Shown: positions 1-13,664, numbered from the stretch's first letter. The stretch is 64,000 nt of DNA from Octopus bimaculoides (GCF_001194135.2 NC_068982.1:1779862-1843861), one strand, 5' to 3'. Made by a program: numbers and translations. The notes: generated by a model from the sequence alone, not told the origin.

Positions 1-1194
1 TTACAAGGCTTAGAATGAGAGGGGAATATAATTGACTTATTTTCCTGTAATTTCTTTTACCCAAAGCCACGTGCTTCCCTTCGTATATATAGTCTTGGGC
101 ATCACTGTATTTGTTTATGTGGTGTGGTTCGAGAGTCCCGTAATGTTGAGGAAACCGGCGCTAACCCACTATTTGTCCTCAGGTCTGCTCTGACTCAAAG
201 TAGAAGAACCTGACAGTCTCAGCTTTCCGTTAATTAGTATGTTAAGGAGGAAATTCCAAGCAGAAACCCTTCGTACTTTTTGAGTGTATATGCACGTGTG
301 TATTTACACACATTACCTGCTCCTGCTGATTAGTCACAGTTCAAGCCTTATTGAAGAAAAGGAATTAAGCCATCGCGATCACAACTTTTTACAATGTACG
401 GAAAACACTGGTCGATATTATGCCCTATTTTTGATAAGACGGGGCATAGTATTGTCGTTAGACGGGTGCGATTTAAAGATTTGTGTAAAATTTCTAGAAG
501 ATCGAACGTTTAAGTAAGATTTCTCTCGTTGCCTGATACGGAAAAGTGTGAGAGATAAGTGATTGTTTTATCAAAAGTACGTATGTGAACACAAACACGT
601 GTATGCATGTGGATGTGTGACCGGGTGAGTGTGTGAGAAAGAAAGAAAAAAGCGATTATACGCATTCATATTTATCACTGGAACTCATATATATACATAT
701 ATTTTTATTATTTTTGACAGGACATGGTACTACAAGAATCCATTTTTCTTTCTTCTCTTATTGTCTAGATTGTTTGAAAGAACTTGCCGATATCAATGAA
801 TAGTTTGCTTTTCACGCAAGAAAATATTCTGAATAGAGGAAATTCTGCAGATTTTTTTCAGTACAATTTTCTAGCAACGATCCGCCGATATGTATGTTTA
901 AAAATAAATTCATAAAATATGAAGAAAAGACAATATTTCCGTGTGGGAAAACACTCAGCTGTTTTGTTAAAATCATCATTTTGTTGCTGATTGTATGCAT
1001 AACTTGCTATCAACGTGCTCTCCATAATATGATTGATAAATGTGTCACAGACAAACCTCCGAATTCTGCGTACATAAGCACACATCTTTCACCGAAACGC
1101 ATTCATTCTGACAGCTATATCCCACGTACACATCCACAGGTACACAAACGTATAAACGTAGACTCATATGTGTGTGCGTGTGTGCGTGTATATA

Positions 1195-1247
<53 letters not shown>

Positions 1248-1382
1248 ACGTTTACATAGAAACAGTCAAATATGTATATAGATATTTGTAGATGAATGTA
1301 TGTATGCATGTAGGCGTTTGCATACGCACACACACACACACACAAACAGGCACACACACACACACAGAGACACGCATATAAA

Positions 1383-1771
1383 GGCGCAGGAGTGGCTGTA
1401 TGGTAAGTAGCTTGCATACCAACCACATGGTTCGGGTTCGGTCCCACTACGTGGCACCTTGGACAGATGTCTTCTACCACAGCCTCGGGCCCAACAAAGC
1501 CTTGTGAGTGGATTTGATAGACGGAAACTAAAAGAAACCCGTAGTATGTATGTATATGTACGTGTGTATATATGCTTGTGTGTATGTTTCCCCCCTCCAT
1601 CACTTGACAACCGAGGTTGATGTGCTTACGTCCCCGTAACTTAGCGGTTCGGCAAACGAGACCAATAGAATAAGTACTAGGTCTACAACGAATAAGTTCT
1701 GGGGTCGATTAACGGGGGTGCTCCAGTATGGCCACAGTCAAATAACTGAAACTAGTAAAAGAATAAAAGAA
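1383..1771 (+). mobile_element. tRNA-derived SINE, family A (full length)
   Basis: Head GGCGCAGGAGTGGCTGT.TGGTAAG with B-box-like GGTTCGGTCCC, internal microsatellite, tail GGTGCTCCAG..TGGCC.CAGTCAAAT.ACTGAAAC; about 15 homologous copies in the window. Confidence 0.9.
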
Positions 1772-2264
1772 TATATATATATATGTATATATATGTANNN
1801 NNNNNNNNNNNNNNNNNNNNNNATATATATATATATATATATATATATAATCACTGTATGTACAGCATAACTGTTTGTGTTCCTCCATATTAAATTTAGT
1901 ATGAGAATTGCGAATATACTTTTTATTATTTAGAAGTAAATTTGTTGAAGTTATTTTGAATTGCTGATTATTTATTCGAAATGATTATATTTTGTAAGTT
2001 GTGTGTGTGTATCTGTACTTGAGGACAGATACATATATGAAATAAGGATGGAGACATGATTATATAAATATAGATTGCAGCACTATATTTGTATATTGGC
2101 CTTCTATGTATATATAAAACGTGTAGTTATGTGTGGGTATGCATATAATAGTTTAAATGTGTGTGCGTGTGCATGTGTGTGTTTGTGCTTATATAGATAG
2201 TGAGAGTGGAAGAGAGAGAAAAGAGAGAGACAACTTAAAGAGAACCTCACAAAAAATATTGAAA

Positions 2265-2975
2265 GTCAAGCAGTCATTGTTGCCGTATTTACAGAACTCA
2301 GTGATTTAGAATTTGTTACGTATCAGATTACATTTTGTACATAAAGTTTGGATGGAAATGGAAGACTCTCGAACGAAAGTGTCAACTGTATGAAAGAGAA
2401 AAAGAACAACATTCTAAATATTCGGATTATTAATATAATCACGCAGTAATTACTCAACGGATTCATAACATTTTCGGTTATGAGTCCAGAAATCAATGAT
2501 GGTTATCGGCCAAGAAATTCATGCAGCTGAATGGACTATCACAATTGTTAGGCGGGAGGACAATCGATACAAGTCATATGAAATAAGGAGCGTCCAATTC
2601 ATATTCGCAGTTTAATCCGTGCTAAGCGGCTACTTATTAAGGCTAAATCCCTCACAAACATAGCGTACTTTATTTCTTCTCTAATAAGAAAAACAGTTGC
2701 ATCAAGAGCAAAAGTCTACCAGCAGAACTGATAGACGATTATGTGTACATCCTTCCGATGCTTCTAGACTGATTCACACTAAGTATCTAGCATCTGGCAA
2801 TTCTGTTGGTTTTACGAGTGGTGAGAATCGTAGATCAGGTTAAGCCATCTCACATCTCTCTACGCCATTTTGACTCAGCATCATAGTTGATGAACAGGCC
2901 ATCATCTATTTCCACCGTAATGGCGGATTTTGTCCCTATTACAATCTAGGGACGTATTAGTAAAATCCATAAAAT
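2265..2975 (+). pseudogene. Degraded IS630-Tc1-mariner (maT-like) transposase fragment
   Basis: Frameshifted translation RYKSYEIRSVQFI..LIRAKRLLIKAK..LYFFSNKKN..HQEQKSTSRTDRRLCVHPSD..HTKYLAS matches the family pattern around the first catalytic D (FFSDEKN). Confidence 0.7.
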
Positions 2976-3034
2976 ACTGATGTGAATTTTGAATCCCATT
3001 TGTCTTCTTTTTTTTACACGCACGCGCGCACACA

Positions 3035-3575
3035 TATATATTCTTTTATTCTTCTATTTGTTTCAGCTATGCGGCTGCGGTCATGTTGGAGCACCACCGT
3101 GGTTTTGCTTCGATACTTATGATTATCCTTTGGCTGACTTCCACAACGTAGTCAGGTTTCACATCACCGCTCCTCTATGAGCCTCTGTGTCAGCTGTTGG
3201 CCCATTTGGTGTATGAAGGTGTTTGACTGCACTGCCCTCATCTTTACCTCAAACTGGGCCGTTGGTTCATCCTGTATTGTGGAGGGGAGGCTGTCTCGTT
3301 CCTTTTTGAAAACATCTACGTCCGCATTATGTAGGTTTTTTAATTCTTGTGAGCAGGGCATTGAAAAGTTGTGGGCCTTTAAACCGTAGGCCATTGCAGT
3401 ACATTGTCTTGAATTTTCATTCATGGGGTGGGACTTTGGCGTCCAGTTCTGACATTTATATAATATTCAGTGCCGAAATTAAGGACTAACTCTTCTAGAG
3501 TTTTCCATATGTAGAATATTATATATCTGTCCAGCCTTTGCTCCAGGGAGTTAAGTCGTAGTTCTTTGAGCTCCT
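3035..3575 (-). mobile_element. CR1-like LINE 3' fragment with tail
   Basis: Translates ELKELRLNSLEQRLDRY..YIWKTLE..GLKAHNFS..ELKNLHNADVDVFKK..DEP; ends GGTGCTCCAACATGACCGCAGC..CTGAAAC; paralog at 28990-29335. Confidence 0.8.
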
Positions 3576-3583
3576 CCCTGTAG

Positions 3584-3632
<49 letters not shown>

Positions 3633-4416
3633 GGGCGGCATTTTAGTGCATATATGAGCGTACGTGTATGTATATAAGGACAGAAAAATGTCCTCTATAC
3701 AGAGGCAACATTTCAAAAGTTTAGTTTGTTTTTAGTTTATCGCTTTTATCGCTAAATTTCATTTTATTTCGCAAATGCTGATGCCTTCATTTTTACTCGC
3801 AAACAAGAAACTCAACACTGCCAGTTCTCTTGTTAATGTCGATATTATTGTTGTTCCCACGCTTGTTGTCATTATTCCTGCGTTACTCACTGTCACTCTT
3901 CCATTGTTAAACCTGATTAAATTTAAATATATCTTCATTGTCATTTTCATATTTTGGAGTTCTTGAGTACATTCTTCCCCTGTTCTAGTCATTCTTGTGG
4001 CAGCTGTTATCAGTCTTGAAATTATTTCTCAATTTTTTTTGAAGAAGAGTTATCACATTGTTGTTATTGGTTTTTAGACTATTAAACCCATCGCCTATAT
4101 TTTTATCAACAATTTTATTTTCATATAAATGTTGATCCGTCTAACTAACAATCGTTTTCAAGTGAAAAATTTCTAGAAATCGAATTGGTATATATCAAAA
4201 TAACGTTATCTATTGGGTTTTGCATTCACTATACAGTCATACATATATAATTCTGTGTGTGTGTGTGTGTGTGTGTGTGTATACGTGTGGACATGTGTGC
4301 GTGTCTTTGTGTGTGTATGCATCTGAATATAAGTTAATATATATTATGTGTATATCAGTTAATCTTGCAAACCAAAATACAAATACAAACTATATATATA
4401 TATATANNNNNNNNNN

Positions 4417-4461
<45 letters not shown>

Positions 4462-4710
4462 ATAACCAAACAGAAAACCATAGATACTCAATGTATGTAA
4501 TAAAAACTATGAGCGAGGGGGCGAGAGATAGCAAGACAGGGAGTGAAAATAGTAAATAGATCATATTTGAGTTACAGTCATAAATAATCAAGTCGAATAT
4601 ATTCACATTCTAGCTTTCATTCGTGCAAGCTCATTCAGCATTCATTTACGTACATAATTGCCTATACACGTATGCATGCGCGCGCACGCACATACACACA
4701 CACACACACA

Positions 4711-4752
<42 letters not shown>

Positions 4753-5060
4753 GATATAAAATTCTAATGAGTAAGTATACGTCAAAAATCGTATAATAAA
4801 CACAGACAATTAGTGTTCAGACCAGGCCAGACCAGATATCTAAAAGCAAATGTCGAATGGGGGGAGTCGAATTCCAGGTGAAGAAATGATACCTACAGGC
4901 AATGTATTGTGGGTCTAATAATGATTGTAATATAATAAACCAAAAGATATACTGGCAGAGTTGTTGATCTGTGATATTAGAGTATAAACTGTTAGGATAT
5001 TTACCCATCTATATGGAATTCCTATGAACTTTAGCTTGCCTGATTTACCTGCGTTTCGCT

Positions 5061-5061
<1 letters not shown>

Positions 5062-5126
<65 letters not shown>

Positions 5127-5134
5127 TCTTTCTC

Positions 5135-5178
<44 letters not shown>

Positions 5179-5180
5179 TC
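5062..5180. repeat. (CT)n/(GA)n microsatellite
   Basis: Direct reading. Confidence 0.95.
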
Positions 5181-5699
5181 TGGAACATCGAGAATCAGCC
5201 CTCCTTATTCCAAGTTCAATGATTTGAACCCAAATGCCGCTCGCTAAACCTGTTTCTTTACCATGCACACATGTCATTATACTTGGAGAACCATGCATTC
5301 TCATATTCGTACATACGATGAACAGTGTGACGAACCTGAAGAGATATATATTCGCTAGTATATATACATGATTTGCATAAAATGAAGATTACTCGACGAG
5401 GGAATAAGTATTTTATTGCGAGCAGTGTGTGCATGTGTGTATATATGTGTCTGTGTGTGTGAGCGCGCGTCGTCCACCGAGGATACACACTCTTCTGTAA
5501 TATGCAAATAGCGATGCAGTACAGCAAATTAAGATTTGTTAAAACTACCAATGTTGTGGCAACGTAACTAATATTCTAAATACACTATCAATGAATTATA
5601 TCTTCAAGTTTGTCTGACAGTTTAGATTGCTTAGGTTAGTTGCTATATGGAATATTCTTTCAACATTCTTTCAAAAATGTTAGTAACATTCTCACAAAA

Positions 5700-5860
5700 G
5701 AATGGGGAAGCAGTATTTTCTTCTGGACACTTCCATGTAACACTTCCTAAACCAGGTCCGGTTATTGATACAATTATGAAAATAATAGTTAAAAGTGCTC
5801 ATGACAAAATGGATGAGAAGTGGATAACCATGAATATAGTTTCCAAAGCCGTTCTCTCCT
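5700..5860 (+). pseudogene. Possible mariner transposase remnant
   Basis: DEKWIT motif preceded, with frameshifts, by LKVLMT; resembles mariner FLKRLITGDEKWITY. Confidence 0.35.
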
Positions 5861-7035
5861 AAGACTGCGCTTTCATACTATCTATGTCGACTTTACACCA
5901 TTTCAATCGAACGCTTTCGGAAAGGAAAAATAAAAAAGAAAAAAATGCAAGTTCACAAAATATGAATTTCATGGTTATCCATAAACTTGTAGCGATCTTA
6001 TAGTTTTCAAATAATCGTGAAATTTCCAAGGGAATTGCTACTTATAACACTAAATCTGTATTTCAAATATATATTGATTTCTTATACATCGGCTCGTCAT
6101 TTATTTATTTATCTATTTATTTATATTTGCATTGATTGATTTACAACGTTTTCCCAATTTTTTTTACGTATATCATTTTCTACTTTCATAGTTTTATACG
6201 GCTATAATGTTGACCGTTGTAATTTAACTATATTCAACATATTTTAACCGATTCTCCACTTGTTCGTAAATATTTACCAAATATCCTCTATATTTACTTA
6301 TTCGTCACATAATTTCAATGTTCTCCGTATATGCGCGTGCATGTGTGTATGGTTGTATGTATTACCTATATATTTGCATAATGTTTAATGCTCTCTTATA
6401 TTAATGAATTTGGTGACTTCATGGACATCTATAGATTTGGAGCTCAGAATTCTGGATGTTAACAGTTTGGTATTTTTGTCTTTCCGTTTGGTTTCCTATT
6501 TTATTTATCTGCAGTTCATGCGCTACTGCACGAAAATGTGTACACTTATATTTCTCATGCGTATATGTATAGATTTGCATAAAATCTATACAATTTCATG
6601 CACACTTTTATACATCTGAGCATACTGAATGTGTATATGTATGAATATGTGGAGATATGAATATAGGTATGTGTGAGTATATGTACATGTATACTTGCGT
6701 GTATATTCATGTGTAAATAAGAATGAATATATATATAATTAAGATTTAGTTAAATCAGGTACTTAAATTGAGACACCTTGCTACTTCGGTATAGTCCGCA
6801 GAGCCCAACAATATTATTTGAATATTGAATATCAAGATTCCGTATAGGGGTGTTTGTACCTTATACTCCTGTAGTCTGTGCAGACAACATAACTCAGGTG
6901 AGTGAAGATATCGGCTCTTGGTAAATAAGACATGTACTTTTGCTAAAGGTACTTTCTATAGTATTTCTGAAGTGCAGATTCCGATGGGTTAGTTGAACAG
7001 AATGTAAATAAGTAACAAAGATTACAGGTGTTAAT

Positions 7036-7120
7036 TCATTACAGCCGTTTCAAGCGGCTCCATTTAATTGGTTAGTGAAAACATTACATCAATTTGAAAG
7101 AAACTGCTCTCTTCAGATGA
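7036..7120 (-). ncRNA. Minimal type I hammerhead ribozyme motif (Penelope-type)
   Basis: Minus strand: ucau-CUGAAGA-gagc-[50 nt]-gcuu-GAAAC-ggcu-GUA-auga; stem I 4 bp, stem II 4 bp, self-complementary stem III. Confidence 0.7.
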
Positions 7121-8049
7121 CCCTATAGATTTTAAACATAAACGATACACCATTTCTAACAAGTTTACACCAATAATAGAAACCGAACTAATTACATTGT
7201 TTTCCTATGTTATATTGGTGGCAGAATGAGTTTAGAAAATAATGCATATCTTATCAAGCCTACTGTAATTTAGAGAATAGCAGAGGAAAATTGTAGGGGG
7301 GTATATATATATATATATATNNNNNNNNNNNNNNNNNNNNNNNNNNNNNNNNNNNNNNNNNNNNNNNNNNNNNNNNNNNNNNNNNNNNNNNNNNNNNNNN
7401 NNNNNNNNNNNNNNNNNNNNNNNNNNNNNNNNNNNNNNNNNNNNNNNNNNNNNNNNNNNNNNNNNNNNNNNNNNNNNNNNNNNNNNNNNNNNNNNNNNNN
7501 NNNNNNNNNNNNNNNNNNNNATATATATATATATATATATACATACATGTACATGCTTCTATATCTACATACATATATATATATATACAGTTGTCTGAGC
7601 ATTTTATATCAATGCATACCCATTGTTTGCACTCGCTCACTCACTCACAGACATACAGACAGACACCCCCTACACACAGACACACAAACTGAATATAGGC
7701 ATTCACGCTATATAAGCGGTAAGGTGACTTACAGATGACCTAAACCCGACGGGCTCCGATACACTTCATAGAATCTTCATAGCTCATGCCACATTGAATA
7801 CACAACGCTATTTATATCCACAATCAAAGAAATATTTAGACTTGAAACTATTTGATAGACAATCCTATGAACGTCTCAGTAGCCATCAGGCAGCCGTCTT
7901 CAGTTATGTGTGTTTACATTCACGACAGGACTTTTCAAGTATTGTTCATAAAAAAAATCATTCATATCAATTTATCAGCGAATAAACAAATAATTAAAAT
8001 ATCCTATCTACAGTTGTTATCAATACATTAAGATTAATTTTCGCTAATT

Positions 8050-8135
8050 ACTGTGAAAGCGCGTGGTATAGAGGTTAGACTTATTGGCCCATCTACAGGA
8101 AGGTCTTGTGTTCAATTCCCAGAACTGAGCACACA
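8050..8135 (+). mobile_element. Degenerate tRNA-derived SINE head (family C-like)
   Basis: GCGCGTGGTATAGAGGTTAG (A-box-like) and GTTCAATTCCC (B-box-like); no cloverleaf. Confidence 0.4.
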
Positions 8136-8280
8136 CAAAATTTGATTTATGAAATGTTTGTGATATGTTTTCAGCAACAAATCTAGGTTTAGGTATGACC
8201 TGTATTTTTGATATCGTACAAAGTCACGACTGTCAGAATCCATAAATAACTGACACACTTTTTTCCTAGCTTTGATTCTC

Positions 8281-9170
8281 GAAGGAATTCAAACCCCGTT
8301 TCGTGGTTCGCTACCTTAACAGCTCCTTTATAGTATCCAGTGACTAAGGACATCATCAAGAGGAACCACGTCCGGTTTCGGCTCCTACTCCTCTGCTGTT
8401 TTCGAAGTGGTGGGGCGCCCCCTTTCGGAGGTGTCTTTAGCTCTGGTGTTGAGTGCGTTTTTTTTTTCGTTTTTTTTTTTGGCCTTTTATTCTTTGGTTT
8501 CTTCGATGCAGCACCAACGAATGTCAGCAGGTGAATGTCCACTCTGCCAAATTTACTAATTTGGTGGTCATTCTTGTTACCTCGTCGTCGAATTTCTTAT
8601 AGCTAGCTGCGTCGTTTGCTTTCGGCCACTTAATCTTTGGCTTTTTCCCGACTATCTCTCTCCCTAGCTGTTCCGATTTAACTGTGGAATGACCTTCGCT
8701 ATGGTTTCTTTCCAGGAGGTTCTGGCCACGTGTCTTCTGGTTTTTCAACCCGCGCTGTTGAATCACTTTCTTCTGACACCTTTCCTTGGTGAATTCTAAG
8801 CCCGATGTAACTAGAAAACACCTTTCCTCATCTACCTTTCTTTTAGCGCTTCCTTTCTCGTTGTCCATCTCCGGTTCGGGTCTATTCCTTTCTTTTGTAA
8901 TTCTTTGATCTTTTCTTCTCGCCGCGTAATCCGGGATCATGGGAGCATCATGATTACTTGTTGCAACTTTACCCCAGATCGAGCTGCAAGACCATTTGAT
9001 CCTTCGCTACACTGTTGTACTGTCAAGCGTCTCTCCGTTTTGTCATCCCGCTTTCTGGATTGTCAACAAGTCTTTTCTTGCAGTCAGTATCTGAGGAATT
9101 CCAACCACGTTTCGGGTTTGTTACGTCGACAGCTCCTTTATAGGATCCAGTGGTTAATGACATCATCAGA
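8281..9170 (-). mobile_element. HERO/R2-superfamily non-LTR retrotransposon 5' ORF fragment
   Basis: RCQKKVIQQRGLKNQ (decayed zinc finger) and KPKIKWPKANDAASYKKFDDEV resemble the HERO-type IKWP...W..FDED motif; family assignment from recall. Confidence 0.6.
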
Positions 9171-10477
9171 TCTATATGTACTGAATAAATAAACACCTTT
9201 CTTACTGTGTGTGTTGGCATATAAACTCTAAGACGTTCAATCATGTTACTAATTTTCGCCTAAGCTGCTCGAAATAATATATGTCTCTTTAATCATGTTG
9301 TATAATTCAAAATCATATGACAACGAACGGTTTTAACGCTTCTCCGTTCTGTTATTTAAGTATTTATTACATTACTTGAACGGGGTAAGATTTTTGGAAG
9401 CGCAGACGTTGTAATCCCTCCGTAACAAGAGTGTAAGGTCAGTTTTGGTAGCACTGATAGTGCATTGGGATAGGAAAGAGTTTCAGGAACGGATGAAGAC
9501 AAATATACTCGAGAACATAAATTATAATCAAATTTCGTTCCTTCTAGTTTGGTGGTTCAGTTCTGCTAATTTGTGGAAGGTCCTTTGAGTGACCCATACT
9601 AACCTGCATCTCCCGTTTAAAAGTATTTAAGAACGGCAACACACAGTCTTCATAAATTAGGAGAGCCTAAATAACCAAATTAGATGTTGAGCCAAATAGA
9701 TTGTAGCATATCTACTATTGTATATACGTATTTAATGAATGTTACAGCGCTATTTTTGCATTTTACAACGATGGATAAATCCAGTTATTCATCTAGCCTA
9801 AAACAAGAAAAGGTCTGCATATCAATTAATGTAAGCGGACAGTTAGAAAGTTAGAAATCAACAGGGTCCGTGCGAAAGAAGGAAAAAAGATGGCGAGAGA
9901 AAGAGAGAGCTCAGAGCAATAAATACGGAGAAAAGATGAAAGGAAATAGATTGATAGGTTGAGAATGGGGACTTTCAACCGGCAGGGATTATTGATTTGA
10001 TGTAATGGAGTGGTGTGTCGCACAAAAGTCAAAGAAGACTTAAGTTCATCGCTTTCAAAAGCGCTTGGCATGTTCTCCTACTGGAGTAAATTACAAATAA
10101 GAAATCAGTTGATTTTTTTCTTTCTATTTTATATTAAATATACAATCCGATTCTCTCATGCAATTTATTCACCTTGATATCATAGCCGTCCTTGCAGTAA
10201 CAACATTGAACTCTGATTCTATCGAGGTTTGGCTGTTATTCGTGACATATTGATCGTCTATAATAACTCTGAGGAAGGTTATAAAAACCCATCTCGCCAA
10301 ATCTACATGAGGCGTGATGGAACAGATCTTTGATGGAAAACTTTTGAAGTAGAACAAGGACTATGAATTTCTGTGTATATTTGACTGGGAGCTTCACCAT
10401 CTTGTACGTTGTAACCCTTGATTCAGTAGATCTTTCAATCACCAAGGGTATTCTCAAATATAAACGCATTTTGTTTG

Positions 10478-10755
10478 TGTGGTAAAGAAGTTCGCTTGGC
10501 AAACACGTGGTTTCCGGTTCAGACCCATCTTTGGCACCTTAAGTATCTGCCTTCTACTCTTCTCTTGTGCCAACCAAAGCATATACATACATGCATACAT
10601 ATACACCCATACACACATATGTATGTATATGTAATGTGCGTGCGTGCGTTTTGTCTTTGTCTCTCCCCACGACTGATTGATAACTGGGATTGATTTGTTC
10701 GACTAACCCTTGAAGGTGATGCTCCAGTATGGCTGCATTGCAATGACTGAAACGA
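10478..10755 (+). mobile_element. Degenerate SINE family A
   Basis: Head GTGTGGTAAAGAAG..CCGGTTCAG and tail GATGCTCCAGTATGGCTGCA..TGACTGAAAC. Confidence 0.7.
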
Positions 10756-11434
10756 ATTAACCAATGAGGTTAGCACAGTTTACCACGGACTACATTACAA
10801 AAAGCGTTCTTCCATGTTATTCTTGCTGTTCATTTTCCAGGTCAGTCGGCCAAGTTTGTCATGATACTCTGTGCATTCTATTGCTAATTGATGGTACTTG
10901 TATTGCGATGCGGTTCATAGAAAAGGGTTGAGTGCAATATTTTCGGAACAAATCCAAGCAAGTTTTTAAAGACCGAAGTTGCTGAAAAAGCCATTCTGTA
11001 TTACCAGAACGCTTTCGTTGCATGGCTTCTAGACAGAAACGTACACAGGCATACACACATACCAACATACATAGAGACATGTACACGTACACATACATGC
11101 ACACATGTACACACGAGGAAATAGTTTTGACGCATTCATTTTTAACATATGTAAGTTCCATAGTTTTTTTCATTTTTTATTTTTGTGTAGATCAATGTAG
11201 GGAAGCCACGAAAAGTTTCCCATTAACATGACACCGATTACCTTATATTAAAACTGTTGGTAATTAATCTTTAGACAATCGCTCAGTAAATTAAAATTTA
11301 AGGCCAAACGTGAGTTCGGAAATTAGGTTTTGTACAACACCGGTGTCATGTGACCGATTGAGGCTTAATTCGACTTCACGCATTGAGGTAAATACAAAAC
11401 GGCCAGTCGAGTTTCACTATTAGAAACCCATTTA

Positions 11435-11970
11435 CTAGTAATTCGAGATGTTTATCCGAGCGGATAAACATCTTTCCTATTATGTATCTACTAAATACAA
11501 GAAAATAAGTCACTAAATATTACACAGTACAATGTTTTTTAAATGTGTAACTACGACGTTTAGCACCAGCAAGTCTATTTAGATACCTACCTAACAAACG
11601 ATATAGCCACGTGGCTAGAATTCAAATCAGTTTCTAATCATTGATAATCTTAATTATCTGCAATTTTTCCTATTTATCTCAAAGTTTAGGATTAAATTAA
11701 GGAATCTATAGCAATTTATTAAATATAATCTAATATTTTTGTATGATTCGAAATGCACGCCTAAACACGTGCATAAGAATGCATCTTATTTTGTAAATAA
11801 AGGCAGCTTGCCAACGTAATGATTATCAGGATTATCAGGATTATCAGGATTATCAGGATAGTTATGTAATTATCAATAAAACAGTCTGTCTCTATAGCAA
11901 CAAGGAAAATATATATTATACTATGCTTTACTAATGCGGTTTGAACGGACAGAAACATATTCGCTCTAGA
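11435..11970 (-). mobile_element. Probable non-autonomous Helitron
   Basis: Minus strand starts A|TC at 11970 and ends with a 13-bp-stem hairpin (11446-11473), 7 nt, then CTAG|T; internal (AGGATTATC)n tandem. Confidence 0.6.
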
Positions 11971-12103
11971 TACAGTAACAGCCGAAGACCAGAGTCAATT
12001 TTTAGCACTTTATTATTTAAATTTTAATCATTTGAAATTCCGGAGTAAGCTAACTTGCATTTCTTGGCAAGAGTTCTCATTAACGTTCAACACTTTCCTC
12101 CTT

Positions 12104-12620
<517 letters not shown>

Positions 12621-12634
12621 TTATTATTATTATT

Positions 12635-13102
12635 GAGTGAGAGAGCAGTGCGTGCCATCAAAGTGACACTGGGCTAAAATATACGAAACCTAGTTTACCC
12701 ATCATGACTACCTGTCTGATAAAGTTACACCAGGCACATGCATCACAACCATATGTGCGCGACATAGTGATCTCATATCAAGATAAACAGCGCATGACCT
12801 TGCAGGTGGGGCCCAGTTAGAATTTTCTTCAGGCCAAGTAGCCCATCCCACTCAAAATGCCCCTGAATAAGGGCTGTTTAAGGATGTTGAACGACACACA
12901 CGTTTCCAAAGGTTAATTATCCAAACACCAAAGAATTCTCCTCAACACATGGCTACGATGCTCCCCCCCTACTTCTTCTCGTGATCAGACATGCATATAT
13001 TGTCAGCCACTATGGGACATGCTCAGTTGGTTAAGGTCAAGCAACTGACTAGCAAATCTATGGTACTGAGCACAATATTTGCTGTAGCCCATCTTCTATA
13101 AA
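12635..13102 (-). mobile_element. ~470-bp non-coding interspersed element flanked by (AAT)n
   Basis: Higher-GC block bounded on both sides by ATT repeats; recalled as an octopus repeat; orientation inferred from the tail. Confidence 0.55.
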
Positions 13103-13367
13103 TATTATTATTATTAAGGATTCCATTTATTTTGGTTCATTATCTTATGTTTGTAAGCTGGCAATTAAATATTTTTATGGAAATAAAGTTCAAATACTTC
13201 GGTGTGTGTCTGTCTTCAATTAAAGATCTCCTTACACAATGACTAATTAATGAAAATCTCTTGTTAAGTATGTATATTTTTGGAATTCAGCCCTTTACAA
13301 GTCAGTCAAGGATTCATAAAACCCGAAAACTTCTTTAATTTCTTCATCTTTGATGTATAATAAACAT

Positions 13368-13570
13368 TTGTTTCAAATTTTGGCACGAGGTCAGCAGTTT
13401 CTGGGGATGGGGTTAAGTCGATTACATCAATCTCCAGACTTAACTGGTACTTATTTTATCAGCCCCGAAAGATGAAAGGCAGAGTAAACCTCGTCGATGG
13501 AATTTGAACATAGAAATTTCAGTAAGCATTGTTCCCGGTGCCCTAACGATTCTACCAGCTCGCTACCTTC
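13368..13570 (-). mobile_element. SINE family B
   Basis: Reverse complement of (G)GCGAGCTGG.AGAATCGTTAG..TTCAAATTCC..GAGGT..CTTTCATC..AAGTACCAG; homologous to 36610-36815. Confidence 0.8.
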
Positions 13571-13589
13571 CTTACTTCATAGAATAGTA

Positions 13590-13664
13590 GAAGGCCCTCC
13601 TTATTACAGCGACTGAAGGCCCTCCATATTACAGCGACTGAAGGCCCTCCATATTACAGCGACT
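13590..13664. repeat. 25-bp tandem repeat x3
   Basis: AAGGCCCTCC recurs at 13591, 13616 and 13641. Confidence 0.9.

Noticed and set aside
120-260. HDV-like ribozyme
   Set aside because: Some short stems (TGAGGA/TCCTCA) but the nested double-pseudoknot order could not be built
6875-6897. 23-nt micro-exon with AG and CAG|GTGAGT
   Set aside because: Not frame-preserving, no partner exons, and it lies beside a probable retroelement terminus; needs RNA-seq
8050-8135. tRNA gene
   Set aside because: A- and B-box-like motifs only; no acceptor or anticodon stems, so treated as a SINE head
9096-9169. CUGAUGA...GAAAC on minus (also 8285-8350) as a hammerhead
   Set aside because: No stem II next to the core and no consistent stem I in either copy
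10169-10357. Possible host exon on minus ending AAG|GTGAAT
   Set aside because: Poor acceptor and no recognisable domain; the adjacent frame weakly resembles a Penelope-like RT
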